Origin: Gemmatimonadales bacterium
GTDB lineage: Bacteria > Gemmatimonadota > Gemmatimonadetes > Gemmatimonadales > GWC2-71-9
Reading direction: 5' to 3'
Assembly (NCBI GenBank): GCA_041577295.1
Contig: JBFGJG010000013.1
Span: forward strand, 20,518-84,517
Length of the DNA: 64,000 nucleotides
How positions within the stretch are numbered: the stretch's first letter is position 1; each line of letters opens with the position of its first letter. Positions 41,779-51,099 of the stretch are shown here, in pieces. The position numbers and the translations under genes were made by a program. Below the pieces are notes generated by a model. That model saw only the letters and a list, made by a program, of their open reading frames with translations, had not been told where the DNA came from and did no database searches.

Positions 41779-42509
41779 CCCCCAACCACTTCCAGTAGGT
41801 CGTAGTTCGTGAGATCGACATGCAGCGGTGTGACTGAAATGTAACCGTCGTGGATCGCGCGAAAATCCGAGTCCTCTCCACCTGACCACGAGATCTGGCC
41901 ACCTCCGATCCAATAGACCGTTCGTCCCCAAGGGTCTTTGGTTTCGACGAGCGACTCGGAATACACCCGCTTCCCCAGCGTTGTGACGCGGATGCCCCGG
42001 ATCTCCTCACCAGGAATTGGGGGCAGATTCACGTTGAGCAGGGTCTCCTTCGGGAACCCGCGGACATCCACGATATTGGCCACCAGCCGGTCCAGCCAGG
42101 GGCGCTGACTCTTGAGCAGGTCCACGTTGCCGCCAGCGAACGAGATTGCCACGCCGGGGATCCCAAGGGATAGGCCTTCCATCGCTGCGGCCACGGTGCC
42201 TGAGTAGAGAACGTCCTCACCCATGTTGGGTCCGTGATTGATGCCGGAGAACACGAAATCCGGCTTTTCCGGGAGCAGCGTGCCGAGGGCGAGAAGCACA
42301 CAGTCGGTGGGCGTTCCATCAACCTGTAGCGATCCGTCAGGCAATCGCGATGCCCGCAATGGCCGATGTAGCGTCAATGAATGGCTTGCGCCACTCTGCT
42401 CACGATCCGGAGCCACAATCGTCACACGCCCGACGCTTAAGCACACGTCAGCGAGCACACCAAGCCCCTGGGCACGTACGCCATCATCGTTGCTGAGCAG
42501 GATGTTCAA
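41760..42509 (-). CDS. surE: 5'/3'-nucleotidase SurE
   Basis: LSNDDG, GTPTDCV, SGIN.G.N, YSGTV. Confidence 0.97.
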   Translation of the reverse strand: MNILLSNDDGVRAQGLGVLADVCLSVGRVTIVAPDREQSGASHSLTLHRPLRASRLPDGSLQVDGTPTDCVLLALGTLLPEKPDFVFSGINHGPNMGEDVLYSGTVAAAMEGLSLGIPGVAISFAGGNVDLLKSQRPWLDRLVANIVDVRGFPKETLLNVNLPPIPGEEIRGIRVTTLGKRVYSESLVETKDPWGRTVYWIGGGQISWSGGEDSDFRAIHDGYISVTPLHVDLTNYDLLEVVGGWDLGK

Positions 42510-42868
42510 GTGGTTGGTTTTCCGTCCAAGATCGCGAGGATCTGACGCAGTTCGGTGGTCAGATTTTCAATGGTTTCGTGCTGTAGCGCCACCCGGGCTT
42601 CCGTTTTGAGGCTACCCGTCCGCCGGTAGTGCTCTATACGACGGCGGGCTCCCTCGATGGTGTACTTCTCGGTGTACAGGAGGTGCTTAACCAGCATGAT
42701 AAGCTCAATTTCCCGCCGCTGGTAGACGCGGTTACCGGAGCGGTTCTTTGCCGGGTTGAGAAACCGGAACTGGCTCTCCCAGTATCTGAGAACGTGAGGC
42801 TTGAGATCGGTGAGCTGACACACGTCCCCAATCGAGAAGAACTCCTGCACGGGACGGGGGACAGTCAT
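42506..42868 (-). CDS. MerR family transcriptional regulator
   Basis: FSIGDV...HVLRYWE..F, LLYTEKYTIEGA. Confidence 0.92.
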   Translation of the reverse strand: MTVPRPVQEFFSIGDVCQLTDLKPHVLRYWESQFRFLNPAKNRSGNRVYQRREIELIMLVKHLLYTEKYTIEGARRRIEHYRRTGSLKTEARVALQHETIENLTTELRQILAILDGKPTT

Positions 42869-43866
42869 CGCCACCACTCCGCTTTGGGCTCCCGCTCCAT
42901 CAAATCACGAACGGCTTGCTCTGGCCGCTTTCCCTCCCACAGAATGCGCTCGACCTGTTCGGTAATGGGGAGCTCAACCCCGCGTCGCTGTCCGAGTGCC
43001 AGCGCCGCCTTTGCCGTCTTTACTCCTTCCGCAACGGTGCGGCGCTCCGCGAGGACCTCTTGGAGCGAGCGCCCCTTGGCCAGCTCGATGCCCAGGGATC
43101 GGTTTCGGCTCAGGGCACCGGTCGCCGTGAGGATGAGATCTCCCATCCCGGCAAGTCCAGCAAACGTGAGCGGTGACGCTCCCAGCGCTTGGCCCATGCG
43201 GGAAATCTCGGCCAGCCCGCGTGTCACGAGTGCCGCTCGCGGATTGTTGCCGAGCCCCATGCCTTCGAGCAAGCCAGCCGCAATCGCAATGACGTTCTTC
43301 AAGGAGCCACCGATCTCCACGCCACACAGGTCGCTGCTCGTGTAGACCCGAAAGAACTCGGTGCGAAATGCGGCCTGGACCACCCGCGCCGCCTCATCAT
43401 CGGGCGATGCGACCACGACAGCGGTGGGCTGTCGTTGATAGACCTCCGTGGCGAAGCTCGGTCCCGACAAGGCGGTGATCCGCGCACCCGGCATCGTCTC
43501 CTTGAGGACCTCGCTCATCGTCTTGAGTGAGTCGGTCTCCAACCCCTTGGAAACGCTCACGACGATCGGGGCCCCAGCGCCGTTGAGTGCGCTGGTCACT
43601 TGCGAGCTCACCTCTCGGACGGCGTGGGAGGGAGCGGCTGATACGATGAGGTCCTTCCCGCGCACGACGTCAGCGATGTCGTTCGAGGCCCGCAGGGACG
43701 GCGCCAGTGGGGCGTCGGAGAGGAATAAGGCGTTGACGTGGTCGCGGTTGATTGAGTCGACAACCTCGGGCTCGCGAGCCCACAGCGTTGCCTCATGACC
43801 CCGATTGGCCAGGAGATTCGCCAGGGTAGTTCCCCAGCTCCCCGCACCGACGACCCCGATCTTCAT
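42865..43866 (-). CDS. gpsA: NAD(P)H-dependent glycerol-3-phosphate dehydrogenase
   Basis: GAGSWGT, SGPSFA, LKNVIAI, GDLILT..SRN. Confidence 0.97.
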   Translation of the reverse strand: MKIGVVGAGSWGTTLANLLANRGHEATLWAREPEVVDSINRDHVNALFLSDAPLAPSLRASNDIADVVRGKDLIVSAAPSHAVREVSSQVTSALNGAGAPIVVSVSKGLETDSLKTMSEVLKETMPGARITALSGPSFATEVYQRQPTAVVVASPDDEAARVVQAAFRTEFFRVYTSSDLCGVEIGGSLKNVIAIAAGLLEGMGLGNNPRAALVTRGLAEISRMGQALGASPLTFAGLAGMGDLILTATGALSRNRSLGIELAKGRSLQEVLAERRTVAEGVKTAKAALALGQRRGVELPITEQVERILWEGKRPEQAVRDLMEREPKAEWWR

Positions 43867-44462
43867 CGGCTTCCCGCCCCGAGTCGATTCTCGGTGCCGG
43901 CCAGCAGGCGGCGAATGTTGCTGCGATGATTGAACACGATGAATACCGCGAGACCTACCCCTGCCAGGATCGTGTAGCGGTGGTCCGGATGCACGACCCA
44001 CACGACGATCGGAAACGTGATCGCACCGACCATCGACGCAACTGACATGAAACGAGTGCTGAGTAGGACACCCAGCCAGGCGACCGCGCCGATGGCGAAT
44101 GGGATCGGCTCGAGAGCCAAGACTACGCCGGCAGCCGTCGCCACTCCCTTCCCACCGCGGAAGCCCACGAAGACCGAGTAAACGTGTCCGATCACGGCAG
44201 CCAGCCCGAGGGTGATTGGCAGCCACACGGTGCTGCCCGCCCGGGGAGCGAACACCAGCACGGGCACGACCCCTTTCGCCACGTCGGTGATGGCCACTGG
44301 GAGTGCGTATTTGAGACCGAGGACGCGATAGACGTTTGTCGCGCCGAGGTTCTTGCTCCCGTGGTTACGCAGGTCGACGCCGGCGAGGTACTTCCCGGCC
44401 AGGTAGCTGGTCGGGATGGCTCCCAAGAGGTAGGACGCCAGAATCCACAAGGCGAGAGTCAT
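43863..44462 (-). CDS. plsY: Glycerol-3-phosphate acyltransferase PlsY
   Basis: GSKNLGATN, FRGGKGVAT, HRSNI. Confidence 0.96.
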   Translation of the reverse strand: MTLALWILASYLLGAIPTSYLAGKYLAGVDLRNHGSKNLGATNVYRVLGLKYALPVAITDVAKGVVPVLVFAPRAGSTVWLPITLGLAAVIGHVYSVFVGFRGGKGVATAAGVVLALEPIPFAIGAVAWLGVLLSTRFMSVASMVGAITFPIVVWVVHPDHRYTILAGVGLAVFIVFNHRSNIRRLLAGTENRLGAGSR

Positions 44463-45781
44463 TGCTTTCGGCGACGGCGGCGAAACTTGATGTTGATGGG
44501 AGAGCCCTGAAAGCCCCACGCAGCCCGAAACCCGCGCTCGAGATAGCGACGATACGATTCCGCGATAGCGTCAGGACGATTGACCACGATCGCAAACTTC
44601 GGAGGGGCCACTCCCACCTGGGATGCGTAGAGCAATTTCACCTCGCCTCCTCCGCGCTGGGGTGGCTGATGGCGGTATGCGAGCTCACCCAGAACCCGGT
44701 TCACGTCCGCTGTCGGAATCCGGCGGCCGCGCTCATCGGCGACCTTCAGAATGAGGTCCAGCACCGTGCGAACGCGCTGACCCGTCAGCGCCGACAGGTA
44801 GACAAATGGTACCGCCTCGAGAAACGGGACCCGCTCGACGATCCGTCGCTGACCCTCGTCGGCGGTCGTTGTCGATTTTTCCTCAACGAGATCCCACTTG
44901 TTTACGGCGACGATGAGGCCCGCTCCGCGATCCCACGCCTGCCGAGCAATCTTGAGATCCTGGGATTGCACCCCCCGTGTCGCGTCCACGAGTAGCACAC
45001 ACACGTCGGCCCTTTCGATCGCTCGTTCGGTGCGGAGGTTCGCGTAGAACTCAAGTTCATCTTCTACTTTCGATCGTCGTCGTAAACCCGCGGTATCAAT
45101 GAAGTTGAGCGTTTTGCCATGGTACCGCAAGGGGGAGTCGACCGCATCTCGTGTAGTACCGGCCTCAGCCGCGACGACCGCACGCTCTTCACCAAGCAGT
45201 TTGTTCACCAGGCTGGACTTGCCGACGTTCGGTCGCCCAAGGATGGCCACCTCGATCGTGTGCTCATCCTGGGGTTCCCCGCCATCGGGAAGCAGTGGCA
45301 ACACCCGTTCGAGGAGGTCCCCGCTGCCTCTTCCGGTGGCAGCCGAAACCGGCTGAGGATCCCCGAGTCCCAACTCATGAAAGGCGTGAAAGGAGAGATC
45401 ATTAGCGAGGTCATCCGCCTTGTTGGCCACCACCAGCACGCGCTCCTGATGCGGCCGCAGCAGCCCAGCGACCTCGAGGTCTGCCGGGTGCACGCCCTGC
45501 TGGGTATCGACGACAAAGAGCACCACATCAGCATCGGCAATCGCCAGCTCGACTTGCCGCCTGACGGCCGTGTTCAGGGGGTCATCGTCGCCTGCGACCC
45601 ACCCTCCCGTATCCACCAGCCAAAAGGTCCTCCCCCCCCAATCGGCCAGAGCGAAGTTCCGGTCGCGGGTGACACCCGGACGCATGTCCACGATGGCACG
45701 CTGGCCTCCTACGATTCGGTTGAAAAGTGTGGATTTCCCGACGTTGGGCCGCCCCACGATGGCGACCGTCGCACGCCTCAT
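44459..45781 (-). CDS. der: Ribosome biogenesis GTPase Der
   Basis: Two tandem GTPase domains (GRPNVGKST and GRPNVGKSS). Confidence 0.97.
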   Translation of the reverse strand: MRRATVAIVGRPNVGKSTLFNRIVGGQRAIVDMRPGVTRDRNFALADWGGRTFWLVDTGGWVAGDDDPLNTAVRRQVELAIADADVVLFVVDTQQGVHPADLEVAGLLRPHQERVLVVANKADDLANDLSFHAFHELGLGDPQPVSAATGRGSGDLLERVLPLLPDGGEPQDEHTIEVAILGRPNVGKSSLVNKLLGEERAVVAAEAGTTRDAVDSPLRYHGKTLNFIDTAGLRRRSKVEDELEFYANLRTERAIERADVCVLLVDATRGVQSQDLKIARQAWDRGAGLIVAVNKWDLVEEKSTTTADEGQRRIVERVPFLEAVPFVYLSALTGQRVRTVLDLILKVADERGRRIPTADVNRVLGELAYRHQPPQRGGGEVKLLYASQVGVAPPKFAIVVNRPDAIAESYRRYLERGFRAAWGFQGSPINIKFRRRRRKQ

Positions 45782-47055
45782 GCGGCCCCGCCGTCGCCCA
45801 ATGCGTCCGCGAAGTGATATGAGGGTTCGACCTCCACGGGTACTAGCTGGCGGAGGTCGTCGAGGGCCATGTCATCGAGGAACCGTGCACGATCATTGAG
45901 TGCTTCCGCAGGGATGAGGGCGAGGTCGAGATCCACCCGCTCGGCGAGTGCCGTTCGGATCGAGCGCCCTGTCAGCAGTCCGGCGGTGGTGACCTGAGGT
46001 CCGAAGAGGTCATTCTCGAGGGGGATGAGCTCGAAGGTGCCGCCCGTCGCCGCGGTGAGCGTGGTTAGCACTTCCGGCATCAGCTGCGCCATGGCCGTGC
46101 CGGTCACCACGGCCACGCGCCGATTCGTGAGCCGGGGTAATACTTCCCGGCTCTCATCGATCTGCGATTGAAGAAACCGAACCGCACCCACCCCATTCTC
46201 GACCTGCTCGAACGCGTCGTACCGTTCGGCAGTTGGCAACGGGATGTCGCCAACTAGGTAGAGCTCGTCGGACCCGTAGGCCCAGTGACATCCGCGGTCC
46301 TGCAGCGCTCGCTCAGCGACGCGGTCGATGGCTCTGATCGCCGCACGCGCCTCCCCTGCCGTCGACGGTCGGACCAGGTGATGCTTGCTGAATTCCGTCA
46401 GGCCCACCGGAACCACCGACACCGACAGTACTGCCTCGCCGAGTCCGTACAGGTCGGTCAGGCTCTGCTCCAAGACTTCTCCGTCGTTCACCCCCGCTTG
46501 AAGCACGATCTGTGTATGGAACCGAATCCCGTGCTGGGCGAGCCCTGCCAACTGAGGGACCATGGCCGGAGCGCGAGGATTGCGCAGCAGTCGGCGACGG
46601 ATAACTGGGTCGGTCGCGTGCACCGACACGTACAGTGGCGTGAGTCGGTATTCAATGATCCGATCGATATCGCGCTGCTTGAGGTTCGTGAGCGTCGCGA
46701 AATTTCCGTACCGGAAGGACAGCCGGTAATCGTCGTCCCGGATATACAGCGGAGTGCGTAACCCCTCCGGGAGCCCGTCCACGAAGCAAAAGTCGCAGCG
46801 ATTTGCACAGCGACGAATGCTCGGTGGCTCGAGCTCCACGCCCAGTGGGAGACCCTCCGGGCGTTCCACATCGTACTCCACCAGCGTCCCATCCGGTGCG
46901 CGCACCAGCAGGGTGAACAGCTCGTCTGCGGCGCGAAACTCCCAATCGAGAAAATCGTGGAGTTCGTGACCGTTGATGGCTAATAGCTCGGTCCCTTTGG
47001 CAAGGCCAAGCTCTGATCCCAACGAGCGTGATGCAACGTGTGCGATGCGTATCAT
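45778..47055 (-). CDS. DUF512 family putative radical SAM protein
   Basis: CANRCDFCFVD, DDDYRLSF, VVPVGLT, ENGVG. Confidence 0.88.
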   Translation of the reverse strand: MIRIAHVASRSLGSELGLAKGTELLAINGHELHDFLDWEFRAADELFTLLVRAPDGTLVEYDVERPEGLPLGVELEPPSIRRCANRCDFCFVDGLPEGLRTPLYIRDDDYRLSFRYGNFATLTNLKQRDIDRIIEYRLTPLYVSVHATDPVIRRRLLRNPRAPAMVPQLAGLAQHGIRFHTQIVLQAGVNDGEVLEQSLTDLYGLGEAVLSVSVVPVGLTEFSKHHLVRPSTAGEARAAIRAIDRVAERALQDRGCHWAYGSDELYLVGDIPLPTAERYDAFEQVENGVGAVRFLQSQIDESREVLPRLTNRRVAVVTGTAMAQLMPEVLTTLTAATGGTFELIPLENDLFGPQVTTAGLLTGRSIRTALAERVDLDLALIPAEALNDRARFLDDMALDDLRQLVPVEVEPSYHFADALGDGGAA

Positions 47056-47130
47056 CTGTCGAACAAGAACGGCGGCTCGGCGCCGTCACCTCTCGCCGTA
47101 CCGCCGTTCGTCCTTCCATCGGTTGTCGAG

Positions 47131-47202
<72 letters not shown>

Positions 47203-47218
47203 GCGTGGCTGAGGTGCG

Positions 47219-47248
47219 AAGCTATTACGCCAGTGCAGAACCTGTCAA
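47219..47248 (-). promoter_or_regulatory. Putative sigma70 promoter for tRNA-Gly and downstream der cluster
   Basis: Minus strand TTGACA-N18-TAGCTT. Confidence 0.55.
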
Positions 47249-47300
47249 CGGAGCCGATCGGGCGGGGTCGACACGACGCCCGCCCGATCGCGATCTGCGT

Positions 47301-48716
47301 TCAGCTGCCAACTGTGTAGCGCCAGGCGGCGATCTCCTCGGCACTTCCCATAATGTCGAACTCCTGAGACCCGTGTCTCTCGAGTTGCGTCACCGACAGC
47401 GAGTCGGTCGTGAGCACGTTGCCCTGCGCATCTAAGAACTCGAACGTGATAGTGGGCACCGGGCTGGTGCGATCTCGCATGTTGCTGATGGTGCCGCGGA
47501 TGCGCATGCCATCCGGAACGTACTCTGCGATGTACACCTCGATAGCGAATGGAAGATCCTCGAGACGCTGTAACACCGCGAGCGTCGAGTCATCAACGCT
47601 GCGATAACGGAACGACGCTGCCAGCAAGCGATAGGCTTCGTGCCCGAACGGCTCAATGGCAATGAGTCGCCGCGCCGCGTTTTCCATGCCCAGGGCACCC
47701 TGATAGCGGGACATGTCGTCGGCGGTGGTGTCTTGGGCGAGACCCAAATAACTGTTGGTCAAGTTGAACAGCCCGTCGCGATGGTACGGGTTCTTCTCCA
47801 AGCCGAGCTCGAACGCCCGAACGGCGAGTTCCATTTGATCGGCGTTGAACAGGCGCTGGCCAGCGCCGAACAGCTCGTTCAGGCTCAGCGAATCGGCCAT
47901 GGCGAACACCGAGTCGTATAAGCTCGCGGCGCGATCGGCGTTTCCCAGCTCAGCATGGGCCGTCGCGAGACCGGCAATACCCTGCGGATCGTTGGGTCGG
48001 AGCTCACGATACTTCTCATACCACACGCGAGCAGAGTCCCACTGCTCCTCTGCTGCGTACAGCAGCGCAGCGTTGTATGTGGATACCTCAACGTTGCGCT
48101 CTCGGGTCGAATCGATGGCGCCGGTCATAGCTGCCTTCATGAAGTAGTGACGAGCGCTGTCCAACACGTTGTTCTGTCCGTGGATCACGGCCAGATAGTA
48201 GTAACCCAGGTTGTCCAGGTCATAGATTTGGTTGGCTTTGTGCAGCAGGTCCTTGGCCGCATCGAGGTTGCCGCCGTTGAGCGAGTCGATCGCGGCGTTG
48301 ATCCTGGGTGCCCAGAGGACCGTTCGGTAGTAGACGATGTCTTGCTCGCACTCAGGAAGGAGCCGCTCCACGCGATCGAACGCGGTGTCTGCCCCGGCCG
48401 CATCATCCGCCAGCACATAATATCGGCCGAGGAAGTACCACGCGGCGGGGTTGTCGGCCTGATCGGTCTGCACGGCCTGCAGCAAGTTCTGGTGGGCGTC
48501 CGCCCGCATCTTGGCGGCCTTCTCCACGTCCTTCTCTTCTGTGGCTCCTTTCAGGTACACCACGCTGTTCTTGATGAGAAAGTGTGATTGATCCATCTCA
48601 CACTGCGGCGGGTAATACTCACCGACCTGCGCGTGAGCCGCACTCGCCGTCAACGCGAGTCCCATCACACAAACTCCGAAAACCGCCAACGTCCTCCGTT
48701 CCATCTCTCTCTTCAC
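47301..48716 (-). CDS. Secreted TPR protein with C-terminal FxLYD-like domain
   Basis: Signal peptide ending AHA, TPR helices, C-terminal GTISN...ITFEFLDAQGNVL. Confidence 0.7.
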   Translation of the reverse strand: MKREMERRTLAVFGVCVMGLALTASAAHAQVGEYYPPQCEMDQSHFLIKNSVVYLKGATEEKDVEKAAKMRADAHQNLLQAVQTDQADNPAAWYFLGRYYVLADDAAGADTAFDRVERLLPECEQDIVYYRTVLWAPRINAAIDSLNGGNLDAAKDLLHKANQIYDLDNLGYYYLAVIHGQNNVLDSARHYFMKAAMTGAIDSTRERNVEVSTYNAALLYAAEEQWDSARVWYEKYRELRPNDPQGIAGLATAHAELGNADRAASLYDSVFAMADSLSLNELFGAGQRLFNADQMELAVRAFELGLEKNPYHRDGLFNLTNSYLGLAQDTTADDMSRYQGALGMENAARRLIAIEPFGHEAYRLLAASFRYRSVDDSTLAVLQRLEDLPFAIEVYIAEYVPDGMRIRGTISNMRDRTSPVPTITFEFLDAQGNVLTTDSLSVTQLERHGSQEFDIMGSAEEIAAWRYTVGS

Positions 48717-48722
48717 TCCTTG

Positions 48723-49919
48723 CTAACGATGTGCTGCGTCGTTTCCACCGTGAACCCCAACCAGTATCTGGTGTTCCACCCGGCGTGCTATCTCGATCGC
48801 CGGACACGCGAGCGCCTGTGCTGCGGCGACGACGTCAGCATACTCAGGCTTGGCCCTGACGCCCGCAGGTCCGTTCCAGACTTTGACTCGTACCCGAATG
48901 TCGCGCTCAAGCTCCACGACCATTTCATGACGTGGAAGCGTCGAGCGCCTCGCCAGCCACCGTCTGACACCGGTGGTCGTGCTGTGCGTAAACAGCGCCG
49001 CCACGACCCGCTCGGCGTCTGCCGGGGCAACCAACACCTCGAGGCGGACGCCCAACCGCCCCTTCTTCGCGTGCGTCGCCCACACCGCGCAATCGAGGGC
49101 ACCCGCTGCAAATAGCCCTTCGCGCAACGGCTCGACATACTCGGGTGAGAGGTCATCGATGTCCGTTGCGATGACCTCCACCAATCCAGCTTCGGGAGCG
49201 TCCTCCGCCAGGATGAGCCGCAGGGCGTTGGGGTAGCCGTGCGGGTTGCGCGTGCCCGCCCCCCAGCCACTCCGGACAGCCCGCCACCGATCCGGTGGAC
49301 GACCCGCCGAGAGAACGCGGATGAGCGCCGCACCCGTAGGGGTCGTTGCCTCACCCGTCACCGGGCCGTCGGCTCGCACCTCCACGCCTTCCAGCAGGAT
49401 CGCCGTTGCCGGCGCAGGAACGGGCAGCTCCCCGTGCGCCGCTTTGACCCAACCGGAGCCAACGGCTACGGGAAGGTGGTACACCGCGTCAATGCCGAGC
49501 TGCTCGAAGCCCTCTATTGCCCCCACGATGTCCAGCACGGCGTCCACTGCCCCGACCTCGTGCAGGTGCACGTTCCCTGGCTCGACCCCATGCACCCTAC
49601 CCTCCGCTTGCCCGATCAGCTCAAAGGCATGCGTCGCCCTCGCCCTGGTCGCCTCGGAGATGGGTGCCAGACGCACGATCTCCAGCAGCTGGTCCACGTG
49701 CCTTCCGTGGCCCTCGGCCGCCGGGGGAATCTCGAAGTCGACCTTCGTTGAGGCGACGGCGCCGCGCTCGGTCCGCGTGATGTGGATCGCGACGCCGGAA
49801 AAGCCCAGCCGCGCGGGGAGATTGCGTAACCAATCCGGGTCCGCGCCCGCGTCGAGCAGCGCGCCCAGGGTCATGTCTCCGCTGATCCCTGCGAACGGAT
49901 CGAGTATGGCGATCGGCAT
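48723..49919 (-). CDS. larC: Nickel-pincer cofactor Ni insertase LarC
   Basis: GISGDMTLGAL, HLHEVGAVD, PVPAPAT, TPTGAA, KKGR, KPEYAD. Confidence 0.93.
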   Translation of the reverse strand: MPIAILDPFAGISGDMTLGALLDAGADPDWLRNLPARLGFSGVAIHITRTERGAVASTKVDFEIPPAAEGHGRHVDQLLEIVRLAPISEATRARATHAFELIGQAEGRVHGVEPGNVHLHEVGAVDAVLDIVGAIEGFEQLGIDAVYHLPVAVGSGWVKAAHGELPVPAPATAILLEGVEVRADGPVTGEATTPTGAALIRVLSAGRPPDRWRAVRSGWGAGTRNPHGYPNALRLILAEDAPEAGLVEVIATDIDDLSPEYVEPLREGLFAAGALDCAVWATHAKKGRLGVRLEVLVAPADAERVVAALFTHSTTTGVRRWLARRSTLPRHEMVVELERDIRVRVKVWNGPAGVRAKPEYADVVAAAQALACPAIEIARRVEHQILVGVHGGNDAAHR

Positions 49920-49944
49920 CGTGAGTCTAACCCTCAAATATCAC

Positions 49945-51099
49945 TCAGAGAACACGATAAAGCCACCCGGCCCCCGTGTTGAAGAGCACCACGGAGGAGC
50001 GGGAATCGAGCGTGCCGTCTGCCAGTAGCCGCTGGGTTCCGGCGACTGTTGCGCCCCCCTCGAGGCTCGCGTCGATGCCCTCGAGGGTCGCCATCTCCTG
50101 TTGGGCCTGCTCCATCTCCTCGTCGGTCACAGCGACGGCCGCACCCCGGCTGTCCGCAATCGCCCGCAGCATGAGCCGCCCTCCCAGCGGGTGGGGCACC
50201 CGTAGACCAGCTGCCCGTGTCACGGGGCGCTCCCACGCCGTGGTGTCCCGCGCCCCCTCGCGGAAGGCGCGGACCACCGGGGCGCAGCCGGTGGACTGTA
50301 CGCTGAATAGCCGGGGCATCGGGTCGCGGACCCAACCGCCTTGGCGCAGCGCGCGAAACGCGATCCACATACCGATCAGCCCGGTTCCACCCCCGGTGGG
50401 GTACACGATCGCGTCCGGGAGCTTCCACCCTAGCTGCTCCGCCACCTCGAGCCCCATGGTCTTCTTTCCTTCGATGCGATACGGCTCCCGCAGCGTCGAA
50501 ACATCGAACGCTCCTGTTTCGGCCGCGTGCCTTCGCGCGGCGACGCCGCAGTCACCGATGTGTCCGTCGATCAATCGCAGATCGGCGCCGAACATGCGGA
50601 TCTGCTCGAGAACGCGTGGCGGGGTCGTCTGGGGCGCGAATACCGTCACTGGGAGCCCAGCGGCGCTCGCGTAAGCGCTGAGCGCCACCCCGGCGTTCCC
50701 CGCGGTCGGCACAGTCAGACGCCGTGCGCCATCGAAACGTGCCCGTGTCACCGCGGCCGAAAGTCCCCGGGCCTTGAAAGAACCAGTTGGGTTCAGCGCC
50801 TCGTCCTTCACCCACAGGGCAGCTACGCCGATACGTTGTGCCAACCGGTCGGCGCGCACCAGCGGGGTTCCTCCCTCTCCTAAGGAGACCGGTTGCTCGT
50901 CATCCGTCACGGGCAGCCACGATCGGTATCTCCACATCGACCACACGTCTCGTGGCAAGTGGTTTTTTTGCTCAACTCCGACCGAACGGGGATACTCCAC
51001 CAGCCATGGGGCCTGACACCGTGGACAGAGCGTGGCCAATGGCGTGTGCTCGCGCCGCTCGGCGCACTCAGAGCAGGCGAGCGTCCAGGAGGCGCTCAC
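49945..51099 (-). CDS. thrC: Threonine synthase (PLP fold II)
   Basis: SLGEGGTPL, NPTGSFKARG, EGKKTMG, FNTG. Confidence 0.85.
   Translation of the reverse strand: MSASWTLACSECAERREHTPLATLCPRCQAPWLVEYPRSVGVEQKNHLPRDVWSMWRYRSWLPVTDDEQPVSLGEGGTPLVRADRLAQRIGVAALWVKDEALNPTGSFKARGLSAAVTRARFDGARRLTVPTAGNAGVALSAYASAAGLPVTVFAPQTTPPRVLEQIRMFGADLRLIDGHIGDCGVAARRHAAETGAFDVSTLREPYRIEGKKTMGLEVAEQLGWKLPDAIVYPTGGGTGLIGMWIAFRALRQGGWVRDPMPRLFSVQSTGCAPVVRAFREGARDTTAWERPVTRAAGLRVPHPLGGRLMLRAIADSRGAAVAVTDEEMEQAQQEMATLEGIDASLEGGATVAGTQRLLADGTLDSRSSVVLFNTGAGWLYRVL

Noticed and set aside
45728..45736. TGTGGATTT DnaA-box-like match
   Set aside because: Two mismatches and explained by the Der GKST codons
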